Assembly: GCA_964202905.1 (NCBI GenBank)
Contig: CAXNJO010000001.1
Location: 640,001 to 704,000, forward strand
DNA from: Polyangiales bacterium
Lineage (GTDB): Bacteria; Myxococcota_A; Polyangia; Polyangiales; JADJQN01
Length of the DNA stretch: 64,000 nucleotides
Reading direction: 5' to 3'
Position numbers and translations under genes: made by a program. Below the pieces are notes generated by a model, which was not told where the DNA came from, did no database searches, and worked only from the letters and a program-made list of their open reading frames with translations. This document shows, one piece after another, positions 19,845 through 30,159 of the stretch; within the stretch, counting starts at the first letter, position 1, and each line of letters starts with the position of its first letter.

Positions 19845-21518
19845 ATGCCGTCGCCCCGCCCGAAGACCCCCCGCACGCCGCGCATCTCCGGCCCCGCGCT
19901 CCGCGCCCTCGCGCTCGCGACGCGCGCCGCGCCGACCCGCGCGCTGCTCGCGGCGATCACGATCCGCGAGCTCGGCGTCGACAAGCTGGCCGCGCTCGAG
20001 CCCGAGCTGCGCGGCGCGCTCCCGCTGAACGCGCTGCCGCTCCGCGCGCGCGCCTCGCACGAGCGCCCCACAGCAGGCCTCGGCGTGACGCCGCCCGCCG
20101 CGCACGCCCCGACGAGCGCCTCGCTCACCGCGCTCTACCGAAGCGGCGCCCTCACGCCGCGCGACGTGACGGCGCGCGCGCTCGACGCCGCGCGGACGCT
20201 CGCCGCCTACACGCCGCCGATGCCCGCCGTCCTCGACTACGACGACGCGGCCGCCCGCGCCGCCGCCGCGGCCTCGACCGAGCGCTGGCAGCGCGGCGCG
20301 CCGCTCTCTCCGCTCGACGGCGTGCCCCTCACGATCAAGGAGCAATCCGACGTGGCGGGCCTGCCGACGCGTCTCGGCACCTCGTACCTCGCGTCGTCCC
20401 CCGCGACGAACGACGCCACCGTCGTCGCGCGGCTCCGCGCGGCCGGCGCCGTCGTGCTCGGCACCTCGCCGATGACCGAGTTCGGCATGACGCCCGTCGG
20501 CTACAACCCGCACCGCACGATGCCGCGAAATCCCCACGATCTGCGGCACACGGCGGGCGGCAGCTCGACGGGCGCCGGCGTGGGCGTCGCGACCGGCCTC
20601 GTCCCCGTCGCGCTCGGCGCCGACGGCGGCGGCTCCATCCGCACGCCCGCGGCGCTCGTCGGCGTCTTCGGCCTCAAGCCCACCTTCGGCCGCATCCCGC
20701 GCGGCGGCGACGGCTTCGGCGGCACCGTCAACCACCTCGGCCCGCTCGCGCGCTCGGTGCACGACCTCGCCGTCTTCACGGACGCGGTCTCCGGCGAGGA
20801 CCCGCGCGACGAGCTCACGCGCGGCACGGTGCCCTCGCGCACCGTCGAGGCGCTCGGCCGCGGCGTGCGCGGTCTGCGCATCGGCCTCGACGACGAGGAG
20901 TGGCGCGACGCCGACCCGGAGGTCGCGCGCGTCTGCCGCGACGCCCTCGCCGCCCTCGAGCGCGAGGGCGCGGTCCTCGTCCCCATCGCCGCGGAGCTGG
21001 TGCGTCACGCGGCTGCGATCGGCTATCCGACCATCGGCGCCGAGGCGCTCGCCGGCCTGCGCGAGGCGCGCACCTGGCACGCCGACCGGATCGGCGACGA
21101 CCTCACCGTCTCGCTCGCCGTGCTCTCCGAGCTCGACGGCGACGCCTACGTCGACGCGCAGTGCCTCCGCGCGACGCTGCGCGCCGAGGTCGCGCGGCTG
21201 CTCGCCGACGTCGACGTGATCGCGCTCCCGACCACCGCGAAGACCGCCCCGCGCGCGACGGATGACGAGCTGCGCGGCGGCTTCGTCGATCCCCCCGTGC
21301 TCGACTCGCTCTGCCGCTACGCCTTCCTCGGCAACCTCACGGGCCTCCCCGCGGGCACCGCGCCCGTGGGCCGCGACGCCGCGGGCCTGCCTATCGGCCT
21401 GCAGATCCTCGGCGACGCCTGGGACGAGGCCTGCGTGCTGCAGGTCCTCGCGCACCTCGAGCGCATCGGCGCCGCGCGCGTCGAGCGCCCGCGCGTCTGG
21501 GTCGACATCACCGGCTGA
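19845..21518 (+). CDS. Amidase signature family protein
   Basis: PLDGVPLTIKE, GGSSTG and GADGGGSIRTP (Ser-cisSer-Lys) motifs. Confidence 0.92.
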   Translation: MPSPRPKTPRTPRISGPALRALALATRAAPTRALLAAITIRELGVDKLAALEPELRGALPLNALPLRARASHERPTAGLGVTPPAAHAPTSASLTALYRSGALTPRDVTARALDAARTLAAYTPPMPAVLDYDDAAARAAAAASTERWQRGAPLSPLDGVPLTIKEQSDVAGLPTRLGTSYLASSPATNDATVVARLRAAGAVVLGTSPMTEFGMTPVGYNPHRTMPRNPHDLRHTAGGSSTGAGVGVATGLVPVALGADGGGSIRTPAALVGVFGLKPTFGRIPRGGDGFGGTVNHLGPLARSVHDLAVFTDAVSGEDPRDELTRGTVPSRTVEALGRGVRGLRIGLDDEEWRDADPEVARVCRDALAALEREGAVLVPIAAELVRHAAAIGYPTIGAEALAGLREARTWHADRIGDDLTVSLAVLSELDGDAYVDAQCLRATLRAEVARLLADVDVIALPTTAKTAPRATDDELRGGFVDPPVLDSLCRYAFLGNLTGLPAGTAPVGRDAAGLPIGLQILGDAWDEACVLQVLAHLERIGAARVERPRVWVDITG

Positions 21519-21544
21519 TCACCGACCGCCCGTCGCCGGTCTGC

Positions 21545-22400
21545 TCAGGGGCGCGACGCCGGCTTCCAGCCGGGCGGCCCGAACACGTAGCCCGCGATCT
21601 CGCGCAGCGAGCGGCTCCGCACGACGTCGCGCGCGATCGCGGCGTACTCGTGGAAGGCGATCCGCAGCGGGTTGTAGGTGTCGATGTTCTTCGTGAGCCC
21701 GTAGACGACGCGCTCGCGCTCCGGCTCGAAGGTGCCGAAGAGGCGGTCCCAGACGATGAGGATCCCGCCGTAGTTCTTGTCGAGGTAGCGGCCGTTCGAG
21801 CCGTGGTGCACGCGGTGGTGCGAGGCGGTGTTGAAGACGTACTCGAGGCCGCGCGGCAGGCGCGTGACGACCTCGGTGTGCACCCAGAACTGGTAGATGA
21901 GGTTGATCCCGCCCGACATCAGGATCAGCCACGGCGACACGCCGAGCAGCGCGAGCGGCGGGAAGAAGAACACCGCCGCATACGGCGTCCACGGCTGCCG
22001 GAGCGCCGTGGAGAAGTTGTACTGGCGGCTGGAGTGGTGGCTGACGTGGCACGCCCACAGCACGCGGATCTCGTGCTCGAGGCGGTGGTTCCAGTAATAG
22101 GCGAAGTCCCAGCCCACCAGCGCGAGCGCCCAACCGAGCGCACCCGCGCCCGCGATCGAAGACGCCGGTACGGGTACAGCACGCCCCGCGAGCCGCGAAG
22201 ACCAGCGCGTTCACCGGCAGCGTCGCGAGGGTCGAGCCGATGCCCATCGCGAGGCTCGCCGCGGTGTCGCGACCGTCGTCGTAGCCGAGCACGTCCCGCT
22301 CCGCGCGCCGCTGGCGCCGGGCCACGACGACCTCGAGCGCGATCGCGAGGACGAAGAACGGCACCGCGTAGAGCGTCGGGTCCGGCAGCTCCGGGAACAT
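21545..22400 (-). CDS. Sterol desaturase/fatty acid hydroxylase family membrane protein; apparent frameshift(s) near 22140-22195
   Basis: His boxes HRLEH, HVSHH, HHRVHH; DKNYGGILIVWDRLFGTF. Confidence 0.85.
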
Positions 22401-22529
22401 CGCGGCCGAGCATAGCCCAGCGCGCCGCCCTCCGCCGTGCCCGCGCCCGTGCCCCGGCGCCTGTGCCCGCGCGCCCCGCTGGGCGGGCTCCGGTGCGCGT
22501 CCGGTGCCCGCGGGGTGCCGCCGCCGGGC

Positions 22530-22673
22530 GGTGGGTCGTTTGCGGGGTGGGTCGGTGGGTCGATTTCGGGGTGGGTCGGTGGGTCGATTTCGGGGTGGGT
22601 CGGTGGGTCGATTTCGGGGTGGGTCGGTGGGTCGATTTCGGGGTGGGTCGGTGGGTCGATTTCGGGGTGGGTC
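22530..22673. repeat. Tandem repeat, 6 x 24 bp (GGTGGGTCGATTTCGGGGTGGGTC)
   Basis: Five identical copies plus a first copy with two substitutions, read directly. Confidence 0.97.
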
Positions 22674-22716
22674 GGCCTCCCCGCGCTCGTGGTCGCCCTG
22701 GCGATCGACCCCGAGT

Positions 22717-22952
22717 CATGATTTCAAACATGGATTCTCGGTCCTCGAGATCGGTTTTGAGAGTCACATTTTCAAATCATGTCAACGGGTTGAGTGCGGC
22801 TTGATGTGTCTGTTTCAGAATATGATTCTGAACGTCGTCTCGTTCCCGTCGAGATGACGTTTCAGAATTGCATTCTCAGTTCCACGTCTTGCATCGGATG
22901 CATGCATGTCAGACATGCATTCTGAACACCGGTGCACTGGTTTCTGGTTCAG
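22717..22952. promoter_or_regulatory. AT-rich island with degenerate 19-bp palindromes (TTCAGAAT-N3-ATTCTGAA)
   Basis: Copies at 22814, 22861 and 22908 (47-bp period); weaker copies at 22723 and 22757. Confidence 0.55.
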
Positions 22953-23087
22953 TGGTTGCGGGTGTCGTTGCGCAGGTGTCGTCGGCGGCCGCCACGGCTC
23001 GGCGTGCGTCGCTCGTCGCGCGCTTGCCCGGCCGCCTCGTGGCCGTGGCGTTGCCCCGCGCCCCCGGCGACCCCACATCGCCGCGCG

Positions 23088-24557
23088 ATGCAGTCCCGCG
23101 TCCCGACGCTCCGCCTCCACGTGGCCAACGCCGCGCCCCTGCGCCCGGAGGGCGCGTACGTCCTCTACTGGATGATCGCGGCGCGCCGGACGCACGCGAA
23201 CTTCGCGCTGGAGCGCGCGATCGAGCACGCCCGCGCGCTCGGGCGGCCGCTCGTCGTCTTCGAGCCGCTGCGCGCCGGCTACCGCTGGGCGAGCGATCGG
23301 CTGCACCGCTTCGCGATCGACGGGATGGTCGATCAGGGCGCGCGCTTCGGCGACGCGGGCATCACCTACCTGCCCTACGTCGAGCCCGCGCCGGGCGCGG
23401 GATCGGGGCTGCTCGCCGCGCTCGCCGCGCGCGCCTGCGTCGTCGTGACCGACGAGTTCCCGTGCTTCTTCCTCCCCGCGATGGTCGCGGCGGCGGCCGC
23501 GCGCTGCCCCGTGCGCCTCGAGCAGATCGACGGCAACGGGCTCCTCCCGCTGCGCGCGGCGCCGCGTGCGTACGACCGGGCGTTCGACTTCCGCCGGCTC
23601 CTGCAGAAGACCCTCGTTCCGCACCTCGCGGAGACGCCGCTCCCCGACCCCCTCGCGCCGCTCCGCGCCGCCCCGCTCCCGCGCCTCGCCGCGCTCCCCG
23701 AGACGGTCACGTCGCGCTGGGCCGCGGCCCCCGCGGCGCTGCTCGCGGGCGACCCGGCCGCGCTCGCGGCGCTGCCGATCGATCACGCCGTCGCGCCGGT
23801 CCCCTACCGGGGCGGCGAGGTCGCGGGCCGCGCGCGGCTGCGCGAGTTCTTCGCGCGGCGCCTCGCGCGCTACGCGGAGCGCAACCACCCCGACGCCGAC
23901 GCCGCGAGCGGCCTCTCGCCGTACCTGCACTTCGGGCACGTCTCGGCGCACGAGGTCTTCGCGGCCCTCGCCGACCACGAGGACTGGAGCCCCGAGCGCG
24001 TGAGCGCCCGCGTCACCGCGCAGGCGCGCGGATTCTGGGGCATGAGCGAGGCGGCGGAGTCCTTCTTCGACGAGCTCGTCACCTGGCGCGAGGTGTCGCT
24101 CAACACGTCCTTTCTCCGCGGTGATTACGACCGCTACGAGGGGCTGCCCGGCTGGGCCCGCGCGACGCTCGAGCTGCACGGCAGCGACCCGCGCCCGTAC
24201 GTGTACGCCCGCCCCGCGCTCGAGGCCGCGCACACGCACGACCCGATCTGGAACGCCGCGCAGCGCGAGCTCATCCGCGAGGGGCGCATCCACAACTACC
24301 TGCGGATGCTCTGGGGCAAGAAGATCCTCGAGTGGTCCGCGACCCCGCGCGAAGCCTTCGACACGCTCGTCGAGCTCAACAACAAGTACGCGGTCGATGG
24401 CCGCGACCCGAGCTCGTACGCGGGCATCGCGTGGGTGCTCGGCCGCTACGATCGACCCTGGCCCGAGCGCGCCGTCTACGGCGTCGTGCGCTCCATGAGC
24501 TCCGACAGCACGCGCAAGAAGGTCACGCTCGACCGCTACCTCTCACGCTTCCGCTGA
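23088..24557 (+). CDS. phr: Deoxyribodipyrimidine photolyase (class II-like)
   Basis: YVLYWM, NFAL, SGLSPYLHFG, THDPIWNAAQ, IHNYLRMLWGKKILEW, DGRDP and DRPW motifs. Confidence 0.9.
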   Translation: MQSRVPTLRLHVANAAPLRPEGAYVLYWMIAARRTHANFALERAIEHARALGRPLVVFEPLRAGYRWASDRLHRFAIDGMVDQGARFGDAGITYLPYVEPAPGAGSGLLAALAARACVVVTDEFPCFFLPAMVAAAAARCPVRLEQIDGNGLLPLRAAPRAYDRAFDFRRLLQKTLVPHLAETPLPDPLAPLRAAPLPRLAALPETVTSRWAAAPAALLAGDPAALAALPIDHAVAPVPYRGGEVAGRARLREFFARRLARYAERNHPDADAASGLSPYLHFGHVSAHEVFAALADHEDWSPERVSARVTAQARGFWGMSEAAESFFDELVTWREVSLNTSFLRGDYDRYEGLPGWARATLELHGSDPRPYVYARPALEAAHTHDPIWNAAQRELIREGRIHNYLRMLWGKKILEWSATPREAFDTLVELNNKYAVDGRDPSSYAGIAWVLGRYDRPWPERAVYGVVRSMSSDSTRKKVTLDRYLSRFR

Positions 24558-24643
24558 GCGCGCGCGCTTCGTCCCCAGCCGTACGCCGCGACGCCCGCGG
24601 TGCGCTCTCGGCGAGGTGCGTCAGGCCGTGCCGCGGGCGCGCG

Positions 24644-25312
24644 TCACTCGACGTCGACGACGCGCCATTCGCCCGCCTCGCGCACGAGCTGCACGCGCGC
24701 GCCGCCGCCGAGCCGCACCTCCGCGGCGTCGCCGTCGACGTGCACCTCGAGGTCCGCGGTGTCTTCGCTCGCGGCGTTCAGGCGCGCGAGCTCGGCCTCG
24801 ACGTCCGCGCGCGTCCCCCGTGAGAGCACGCGCAGCACGCCCGGCAGGCTGCGACGCGAGAGCGCGCGGCGCAGCGAGGCGACGGCGTCTTCCGGCGTGC
24901 GCAGCCCGGGCGCGTCGAGCACGCCGCCGTCGATGCGCCACGCGCCGTCCTCGAGGACGAGCGCGACGACCTCGCCACCGACGAGCGTGAGGCGCGCCCT
25001 CGCGTCGACGCGCCGCGCGGCCTGCGCTTCGAGCGCCGCGGCCTGCGCCTCGAGCTCCGCGTGGTTTTCGGCGAAGAGCGCCGCGAAGCGTGCCGCATCG
25101 AGGCCGTCCCTCGCGCGCGGGTCGAGCAGCGCGAAGGCGCCCGCGGCGTCGTGGGCGCGCACCGCCCGGACCCACGCGCCGACCGTGCCGCGCGGGTCGG
25201 GGTTGCCCCGCGCCGCGCCCGCCGCGCCGCAGCCGCCGAGCGCAACCCCGAGCCCAACCGACCCGACGACGCGCGCGGCCGCCGCCCACCCATGCACCGC
25301 GCGCCGCGTCAC
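24644..25312 (-). CDS. Hypothetical lipoprotein with an internal two-fold repeat
   Basis: Lipobox LGGC; two similar halves ending LVLEDGAWRI and LVREAGEWRV. Confidence 0.7.
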   Translation of the reverse strand: MTRRAVHGWAAAARVVGSVGLGVALGGCGAAGAARGNPDPRGTVGAWVRAVRAHDAAGAFALLDPRARDGLDAARFAALFAENHAELEAQAAALEAQAARRVDARARLTLVGGEVVALVLEDGAWRIDGGVLDAPGLRTPEDAVASLRRALSRRSLPGVLRVLSRGTRADVEAELARLNAASEDTADLEVHVDGDAAEVRLGGGARVQLVREAGEWRVVDVE

Positions 25313-25465
25313 GCCGCCGATGCTAGCAGCCCGTGCCCCCGCGCGCGCCGTGCCGTGCGCCGCGCGGTCGCGCGTTCACGGACGCCCGCGTGAACCTGCG
25401 GTCACAGCGCCTCGCGCCGCGTGCGGAAATCGCGCACGCTGGCCCGGGTGCGCCCGCCGCGACGC

Positions 25466-25481
25466 TGGCACGGATCCTGAT
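25466..25481 (+). promoter_or_regulatory. Candidate sigma54 promoter
   Basis: TGGCACG-GATCC-TGAT: perfect -24 element and variant -12, 45 nt before ATG 25527. Confidence 0.45.
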
Positions 25482-25526
25482 CCTCGCGCCGCCTGGTCAC
25501 ACCGTCCGCCCCTGAAGCGAGGACCC

Positions 25527-26540
25527 ATGAACACCCCCTCCCGCACGCTCCCCGTCCGTCCCCGCGCCGCGCTGCGCGCCGCCCTCCTCGCCTTCGCCGC
25601 GCTCGGCCTCGTCGCGTCGTCCGGCTGCGCGCAGGAGGACTACTACTGCGACGCGCGCGGCTGTTACCGCTGCGACGGCGTCGGCTGCCGCCTCCTCGAC
25701 CCGCCCGCGCGCCCGCCCTGCCGCGGCGACTTCGAGTGCGCCGCGGACACGGTCTGCACCGACCTCGGCTGCGCCGCCGAGTGCGCCGCCGACGCCGACT
25801 GCGCCGAGGGCACCGTCTGCCGCACGGGTCTCTGCGTCGCCCCGCAGGAGCCCGACCCGGAGCCGACGCCCGGCGTCTGCACCCGCAACGCGGATTGCGT
25901 GGACGTGGGGCTCGAGTGCCGCGACGGTGTCTGCGTGCCGGGCTCGGTTCCCGCGTGTGACGCGACCCGCTCCTGCGCAGGCGGTGCGGTGTGCGTCGAG
26001 GGCGCCTGCGTCGCGCCCGAGGCCACCTGCCAGTTCAACTTCGAGTGCGGCGCGGGCCGCCTCTGCGTGAACCAGCAGTGCGTGCAGGGCTGCACGGCCG
26101 ACGCCGGCTGCCCCGCGGGTCAGACCTGCGACGAGCCGAGCGGCGCGTGTGTCGCGGTGCCCCCCGCGACCGGCGAGTGCGCGGCCGACGCCGCGTGCGG
26201 CACCGGCGGCGTCTGCCTCGACTCGACCTGCTACGACGCGTGCACCGCGGACGCGGGGTGCGGCGCGGGCCGCTATTGCAGCGCCGGGATCTGCCGGATC
26301 GACACGCGCCCGCGGCCCTTCTGCACGGGCAACGCGGACTGCGCCCCCGGCCGCCCCTGCATCGGCGGCGTATGCCGCACGCCGTGCGACTCGAGCGCGA
26401 CGTGCGCGATGTTCGACGTGCAGTTCAGCTTCTGCGGCGACGCGGGCTATTGTTTGACCTCCAACGAAGTGACGACGGACTGCCGCGCGGCCGCGGATTG
26501 CGACGCGGGCGAGGCGTGCATCGACGGCGTCTGTCGCTGA
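25527..26540 (+). CDS. Cys-rich repeat lipoprotein
   Basis: Signal peptide ending SSGC; about ten CxxxxxCxxGxxCxxGxC repeats; GAGG RBS. Confidence 0.85.
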   Translation: MNTPSRTLPVRPRAALRAALLAFAALGLVASSGCAQEDYYCDARGCYRCDGVGCRLLDPPARPPCRGDFECAADTVCTDLGCAAECAADADCAEGTVCRTGLCVAPQEPDPEPTPGVCTRNADCVDVGLECRDGVCVPGSVPACDATRSCAGGAVCVEGACVAPEATCQFNFECGAGRLCVNQQCVQGCTADAGCPAGQTCDEPSGACVAVPPATGECAADAACGTGGVCLDSTCYDACTADAGCGAGRYCSAGICRIDTRPRPFCTGNADCAPGRPCIGGVCRTPCDSSATCAMFDVQFSFCGDAGYCLTSNEVTTDCRAAADCDAGEACIDGVCR

Positions 26541-26670
26541 GCGGGCCGCGCGCGGGACGCGGCGAAGGCGCCGCGATGAGCCGCCCCTCGGGGTCCTCCT
26601 TTGGCCGCCGTCGGCACGTGCGCCGCGGCGGCGCTGTGACGATGGACCCGCTGGGCGTACCTTCGGCGGT

Positions 26671-27102
26671 ATGAATGCGTCCGATCTGATGACCCGCGAG
26701 CTGGTCACGTTGACGGAGGACGCGACGCTCGGGGACGCGCTCGCGGCGCTCGCAGAACACGGCGTGCGGCACCTGCCGGTGCTGCGCGGGCGCGTCCCGG
26801 TGGGTGTCGTCTCGGACCGCGACCTGCGCCGCCTCGAGGGCGCCCTCGCGGCGAACCCGGCGAGCGTGCGTGACGAAGGGCCGCGCGGCGATGGCCCCGA
26901 TCCGTTCGACGCGCCGATCGCGACGATCCTCGAGGGCGAGGTCGTCCACATCCGCCCCGACACGCCCGTGCGCTCGGTCATCGACACACTGCTGGAGGCC
27001 CACGTCGGCGCGGTGCTCGTCGTGGACGCGTCCGGCGCGCTCGTCCGGCTCGTGAGCACCGTCGACGTCCTGCGTGCCGCGCGTGATCGGTTCGACGTCT
27101 GA
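26671..27102 (+). CDS. CBS-domain pair protein
   Basis: DLMTREL, VRHLPV, GVVSDRDL, VGAVLVVD, VSTVDVL. Confidence 0.88.
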   Translation: MNASDLMTRELVTLTEDATLGDALAALAEHGVRHLPVLRGRVPVGVVSDRDLRRLEGALAANPASVRDEGPRGDGPDPFDAPIATILEGEVVHIRPDTPVRSVIDTLLEAHVGAVLVVDASGALVRLVSTVDVLRAARDRFDV

Positions 27103-27596
27103 CGGGCGGGGCGTCGCCCACTGAACATTCCCCCGCAGTGCTGCGCCATGCGGGCGTTCGGTACGGAGACGATGACGAAGGCCCGGCGCAGCACCGTGTC
27201 GCTCGTTCCACGGAGGCGTTCTGCCGCGAGGGCCTGCTCGTCGTGCTCGTCGTCACGGTCGACGCGCGCGCCGGCGCGAATGCGTCGCACGTCGACCGCG
27301 TCCACGTCGTCGCGGAGCCCTCGCGGTGAGGCGCGTGCATGACGTCCGTGCGCTCCGCACGCTCGACGTCGACGAGCCGGACCCCCGTCACCGAAAGTCG
27401 CTGCTCAAACCAATCGTGTTCTCCGCACGCGGTGTCGCGTACGTCGGGGGCGACGCGTGGCCGAGCCGCTCGGCCCCCGGCTGCGTCTGCCTGCGCGCCT
27501 TCGTCGTCGGGTCGTCCGACACGGACGCGCCGCGCGCCGCGTGCGCCGCGGCACTCGGTGCGGCTCCCCGACCCGGGGGTCCCGTCTTCACCCATG

Positions 27597-27628
27597 AAAA
27601 AGGCCACGGGCGCGTTGCCCGTGGCCTT
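27597..27628 (-). terminator. Rho-independent terminator of the GT2 gene
   Basis: Perfect 12-bp stem AAGGCCACGGGC/GCCCGTGGCCTT, 5-nt loop, U-tract on the minus strand. Confidence 0.8.
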
Positions 27629-27663
27629 CGTGAGACGCTGCGCGGGCCCGCGGCCCGCGGCCG

Positions 27664-29106
27664 TCAGCGCGACTGGTAGAGCGAGAGCGAGCCGACGTAC
27701 AGGAAGCCGACCACGAAGAGCACGAGGAAGGGGATGCTCGTCCACGACCCCGTGATCACCGCGATCGCGATCGTCGCGACGAAGTAGAGCCCGAAGCCGA
27801 TCTCGACGAGCGTCGCGAGCGTCTTGCCCGCCTTGTAGGTCTTCTTCGTCCAGCCCTCGGTGCGCGCCACGATGCCGTGCTTCGGCGTGCGGACGAACTC
27901 GCTCTCCTTGCCGACGAGCCCCTCGAGCACGGCGCGCGCGTTGTTGATCGAGAGCCCGATGCCGAGCGCCATCGTCATCGGCAGGCGGCGCAGCGCCTCG
28001 CCGATGTTCTTGTAGAGGACGTGGTGCGACGTCACGTAGAAGAGGACGATGCTGCCGCTCGTCGCGAGGAAGAGGGGCACGTCGAGCAGGAGCAGCTCGG
28101 GGCGGTCCATGTGGCGGCGGAGCAGCATGTTCGGCAGCTGCAGCGCCGCGAGGATCACGAGGAAGAGATACGCGAAGTTGTTGGTGAGGTGGAAGACCGC
28201 CTCGACCTTCACGAAGAGCGGGATCTTCGCGCGGAGAACGAGCGGGAGCAGCTTCTTCGCCGTCTGCGCGGAGCCCTTGGCCCAGCGGAACTGCTGCCCC
28301 TTGAAGCTGTTCATCTCGCAGGGGATCTCGGCGGGCGCGATGACGTCCGGGACGTACACGAACTGCCAGCCCCGGAGCTGCGCGCGGAAGCTGAGGTCCA
28401 TGTCCTCGGTGAGCGTGTCGTGCTGCCAGCCGCCCGCGTCGACGATCGCCGACTTGCGCCAGATGCCCGCAGTGCCGTTGAAGTTGAAGAAGCGGCCTGA
28501 GCGGTTGCGCGCGATGTGCTCGATGACGAAATGGCCGTCGAGCATCATCGACTGCACGCGCGTGAGCATCGAGTAGTCGCGGTTCAGGTGGCCCCAGCGC
28601 GCCTGCACCATGCCGACCTTCGGGTCCGTGAAGAAGTGGATGAGCTCCTTCACGATGCCGGGTGTCGGCACGAAGTCCGCGTCGAAGACGAGGACGAAGT
28701 CGCCGTTCGCGACCTTCTGGCCGGCCTCGAGCGCGCCGGCCTTGTAGCCCGTGCGATCCGTGCGGTGGATGTACGTCGCGTCCCAGCCGCGGGCGACGAG
28801 GTCGGCGACCTTCGCCGCCGCGATCTGCTGCGTCTCGTCGGTGGAGTCGTCGAGGACCTGAATCTCCAGCTTGTCCTTCGGGTAGTCGATCGCCGTGCAG
28901 CCCTCGATGAGGCGCTCGGCGACGTACATCTCGTTGAACATCGGCAGCTGCACCGTGACCCTGGGCAGCTCATCGAAGTGCGAGAGCGGCTTCGGCGCGG
29001 CCTTGCGGTGCTTCCAGTAGAGGAAGAGCAGGTGGGCGCGGTGGAAGCCGTAGACCCCGAGGATCGACAGCACGACGAGGTAGAGCGCGATGACGAAAAC
29101 GTCCAT
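27664..29106 (-). CDS. Processive membrane glycosyltransferase family 2 (cellulose synthase-like)
   Basis: QLPMFNE, DDSTD, KAGAL, FDADF, TEDMD and QQFRW (D,D,D,QxxRW); multiple TM segments. Confidence 0.92.
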   Translation of the reverse strand: MDVFVIALYLVVLSILGVYGFHRAHLLFLYWKHRKAAPKPLSHFDELPRVTVQLPMFNEMYVAERLIEGCTAIDYPKDKLEIQVLDDSTDETQQIAAAKVADLVARGWDATYIHRTDRTGYKAGALEAGQKVANGDFVLVFDADFVPTPGIVKELIHFFTDPKVGMVQARWGHLNRDYSMLTRVQSMMLDGHFVIEHIARNRSGRFFNFNGTAGIWRKSAIVDAGGWQHDTLTEDMDLSFRAQLRGWQFVYVPDVIAPAEIPCEMNSFKGQQFRWAKGSAQTAKKLLPLVLRAKIPLFVKVEAVFHLTNNFAYLFLVILAALQLPNMLLRRHMDRPELLLLDVPLFLATSGSIVLFYVTSHHVLYKNIGEALRRLPMTMALGIGLSINNARAVLEGLVGKESEFVRTPKHGIVARTEGWTKKTYKAGKTLATLVEIGFGLYFVATIAIAVITGSWTSIPFLVLFVVGFLYVGSLSLYQSR

Positions 29107-29241
29107 GGGCTGGACCGTACCCGCGCGCTGGGGGGGCGATTGTCGTCGACTTGTAATTCGTTGTCCGCAATCGTCCGGCGCTGTCGCGGGCTGACGCGGG
29201 GTGTCAGGGCGTGCCCCCGGTAGAGGGGCCGAACACCCGCG

Positions 29242-30159
29242 CTACTCCGGCCAGAGTACGCGCGGCAGCCCCGTCGTCTGCAACAGCGCGGCGACATCCA
29301 TGCTCACCGCGATCCCGACGTGGATGAGGATGCCGCCCCAGATCGAGCGCGTGCGCAGCGCGAGCGTGCCGAGCGCGAGCCCCGCGAAGATCGCCCCGAG
29401 CGTCTCCGGGAGAGGTTTTCCGTAGTGGATCATGCAGTACGGCACGACCATCGCGAGCACCGCGCCCGCGCCGAACTGCGCCTTGCATGCGCGCAGCCAG
29501 AACCCACGGAAGAAGAACTCGAGCGAGAAGAACTGCGCCGCGTAGAGCGCCTCCCAGATCAGGAAGTCGCCCCACGAGCGCGAGGCGAGGTCGTAGAACG
29601 GGTAGTGCGTCGAGAACGAGCGCGTGAAGCTCACCGCGACGACGCCGACGAGCACGATGCAATAGAAGAGGCCGTAGACCCACAGGTGCTTCGTGAAGCC
29701 GCGTCCGCGCAGCCCGTACTCCGAGAGCGGCGCGCGGAACCCGAATTTCACGACGAGCGCGGGCACGATGAAGTAGCCGAGCACGCGCCAGCCCGCCCAA
29801 TAGACGTAGGTGGCGAGCTCGAAGAAGCGCGAGCGGCGGATCGCCATCCACGCGCTGTCGTCGCCGTTCGTGCCGGCGAGCGTGTCGACCATCGTGAGGA
29901 AGGTCGGGCGGTGCCCGAAGTACTCCATCGCGGTGAGCGTGAGCGCGCCGACGACGAGCGCGACGAGAGGCCGCCAGTCGTAGCCTGCGCCCCGCGCTGC
30001 GCGCGCCTCGCGCTCCTGCGCGGCCTCGGCGTCGAGGACCCGCCACGACTCGAGGAAGAAGCGACGCGGCCAGAGGTCGGCGAGCGTCGTGAGGAAGTCG
30101 TCGTCTTCCTCGGCGACCGACGTCGTGCGTGACGCGGCGGGCTTCTTCGCGGCGCTCAC
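29242..30159 (-). CDS. CPBP (Abi/Rce1-like) intramembrane glutamic protease
   Basis: LEFFFRG, YCMIHYGK and ILIH motifs; GTG start overlaps the gltX stop (GTGA). Confidence 0.82.
   Translation of the reverse strand: MSAAKKPAASRTTSVAEEDDDFLTTLADLWPRRFFLESWRVLDAEAAQEREARAARGAGYDWRPLVALVVGALTLTAMEYFGHRPTFLTMVDTLAGTNGDDSAWMAIRRSRFFELATYVYWAGWRVLGYFIVPALVVKFGFRAPLSEYGLRGRGFTKHLWVYGLFYCIVLVGVVAVSFTRSFSTHYPFYDLASRSWGDFLIWEALYAAQFFSLEFFFRGFWLRACKAQFGAGAVLAMVVPYCMIHYGKPLPETLGAIFAGLALGTLALRTRSIWGGILIHVGIAVSMDVAALLQTTGLPRVLWPE

Noticed and set aside
21925..22767. ORF encoding PTPKSTHR repeats, and the other frames across the VNTR
   Set aside because: Overlaps the desaturase gene; openness is explained by the stop-free 24-bp unit.
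22530..22952. CRISPR array
   Set aside because: The 24-bp repeats have no spacers; the 19-bp palindromes are short, degenerate and only three are periodic; no cas genes are in the window.
27103..27596. Gene or ncRNA between the CBS gene and the GT2 terminator
   Set aside because: Several short ORFs on both strands, none with a recognisable motif or clear start; left uncalled.
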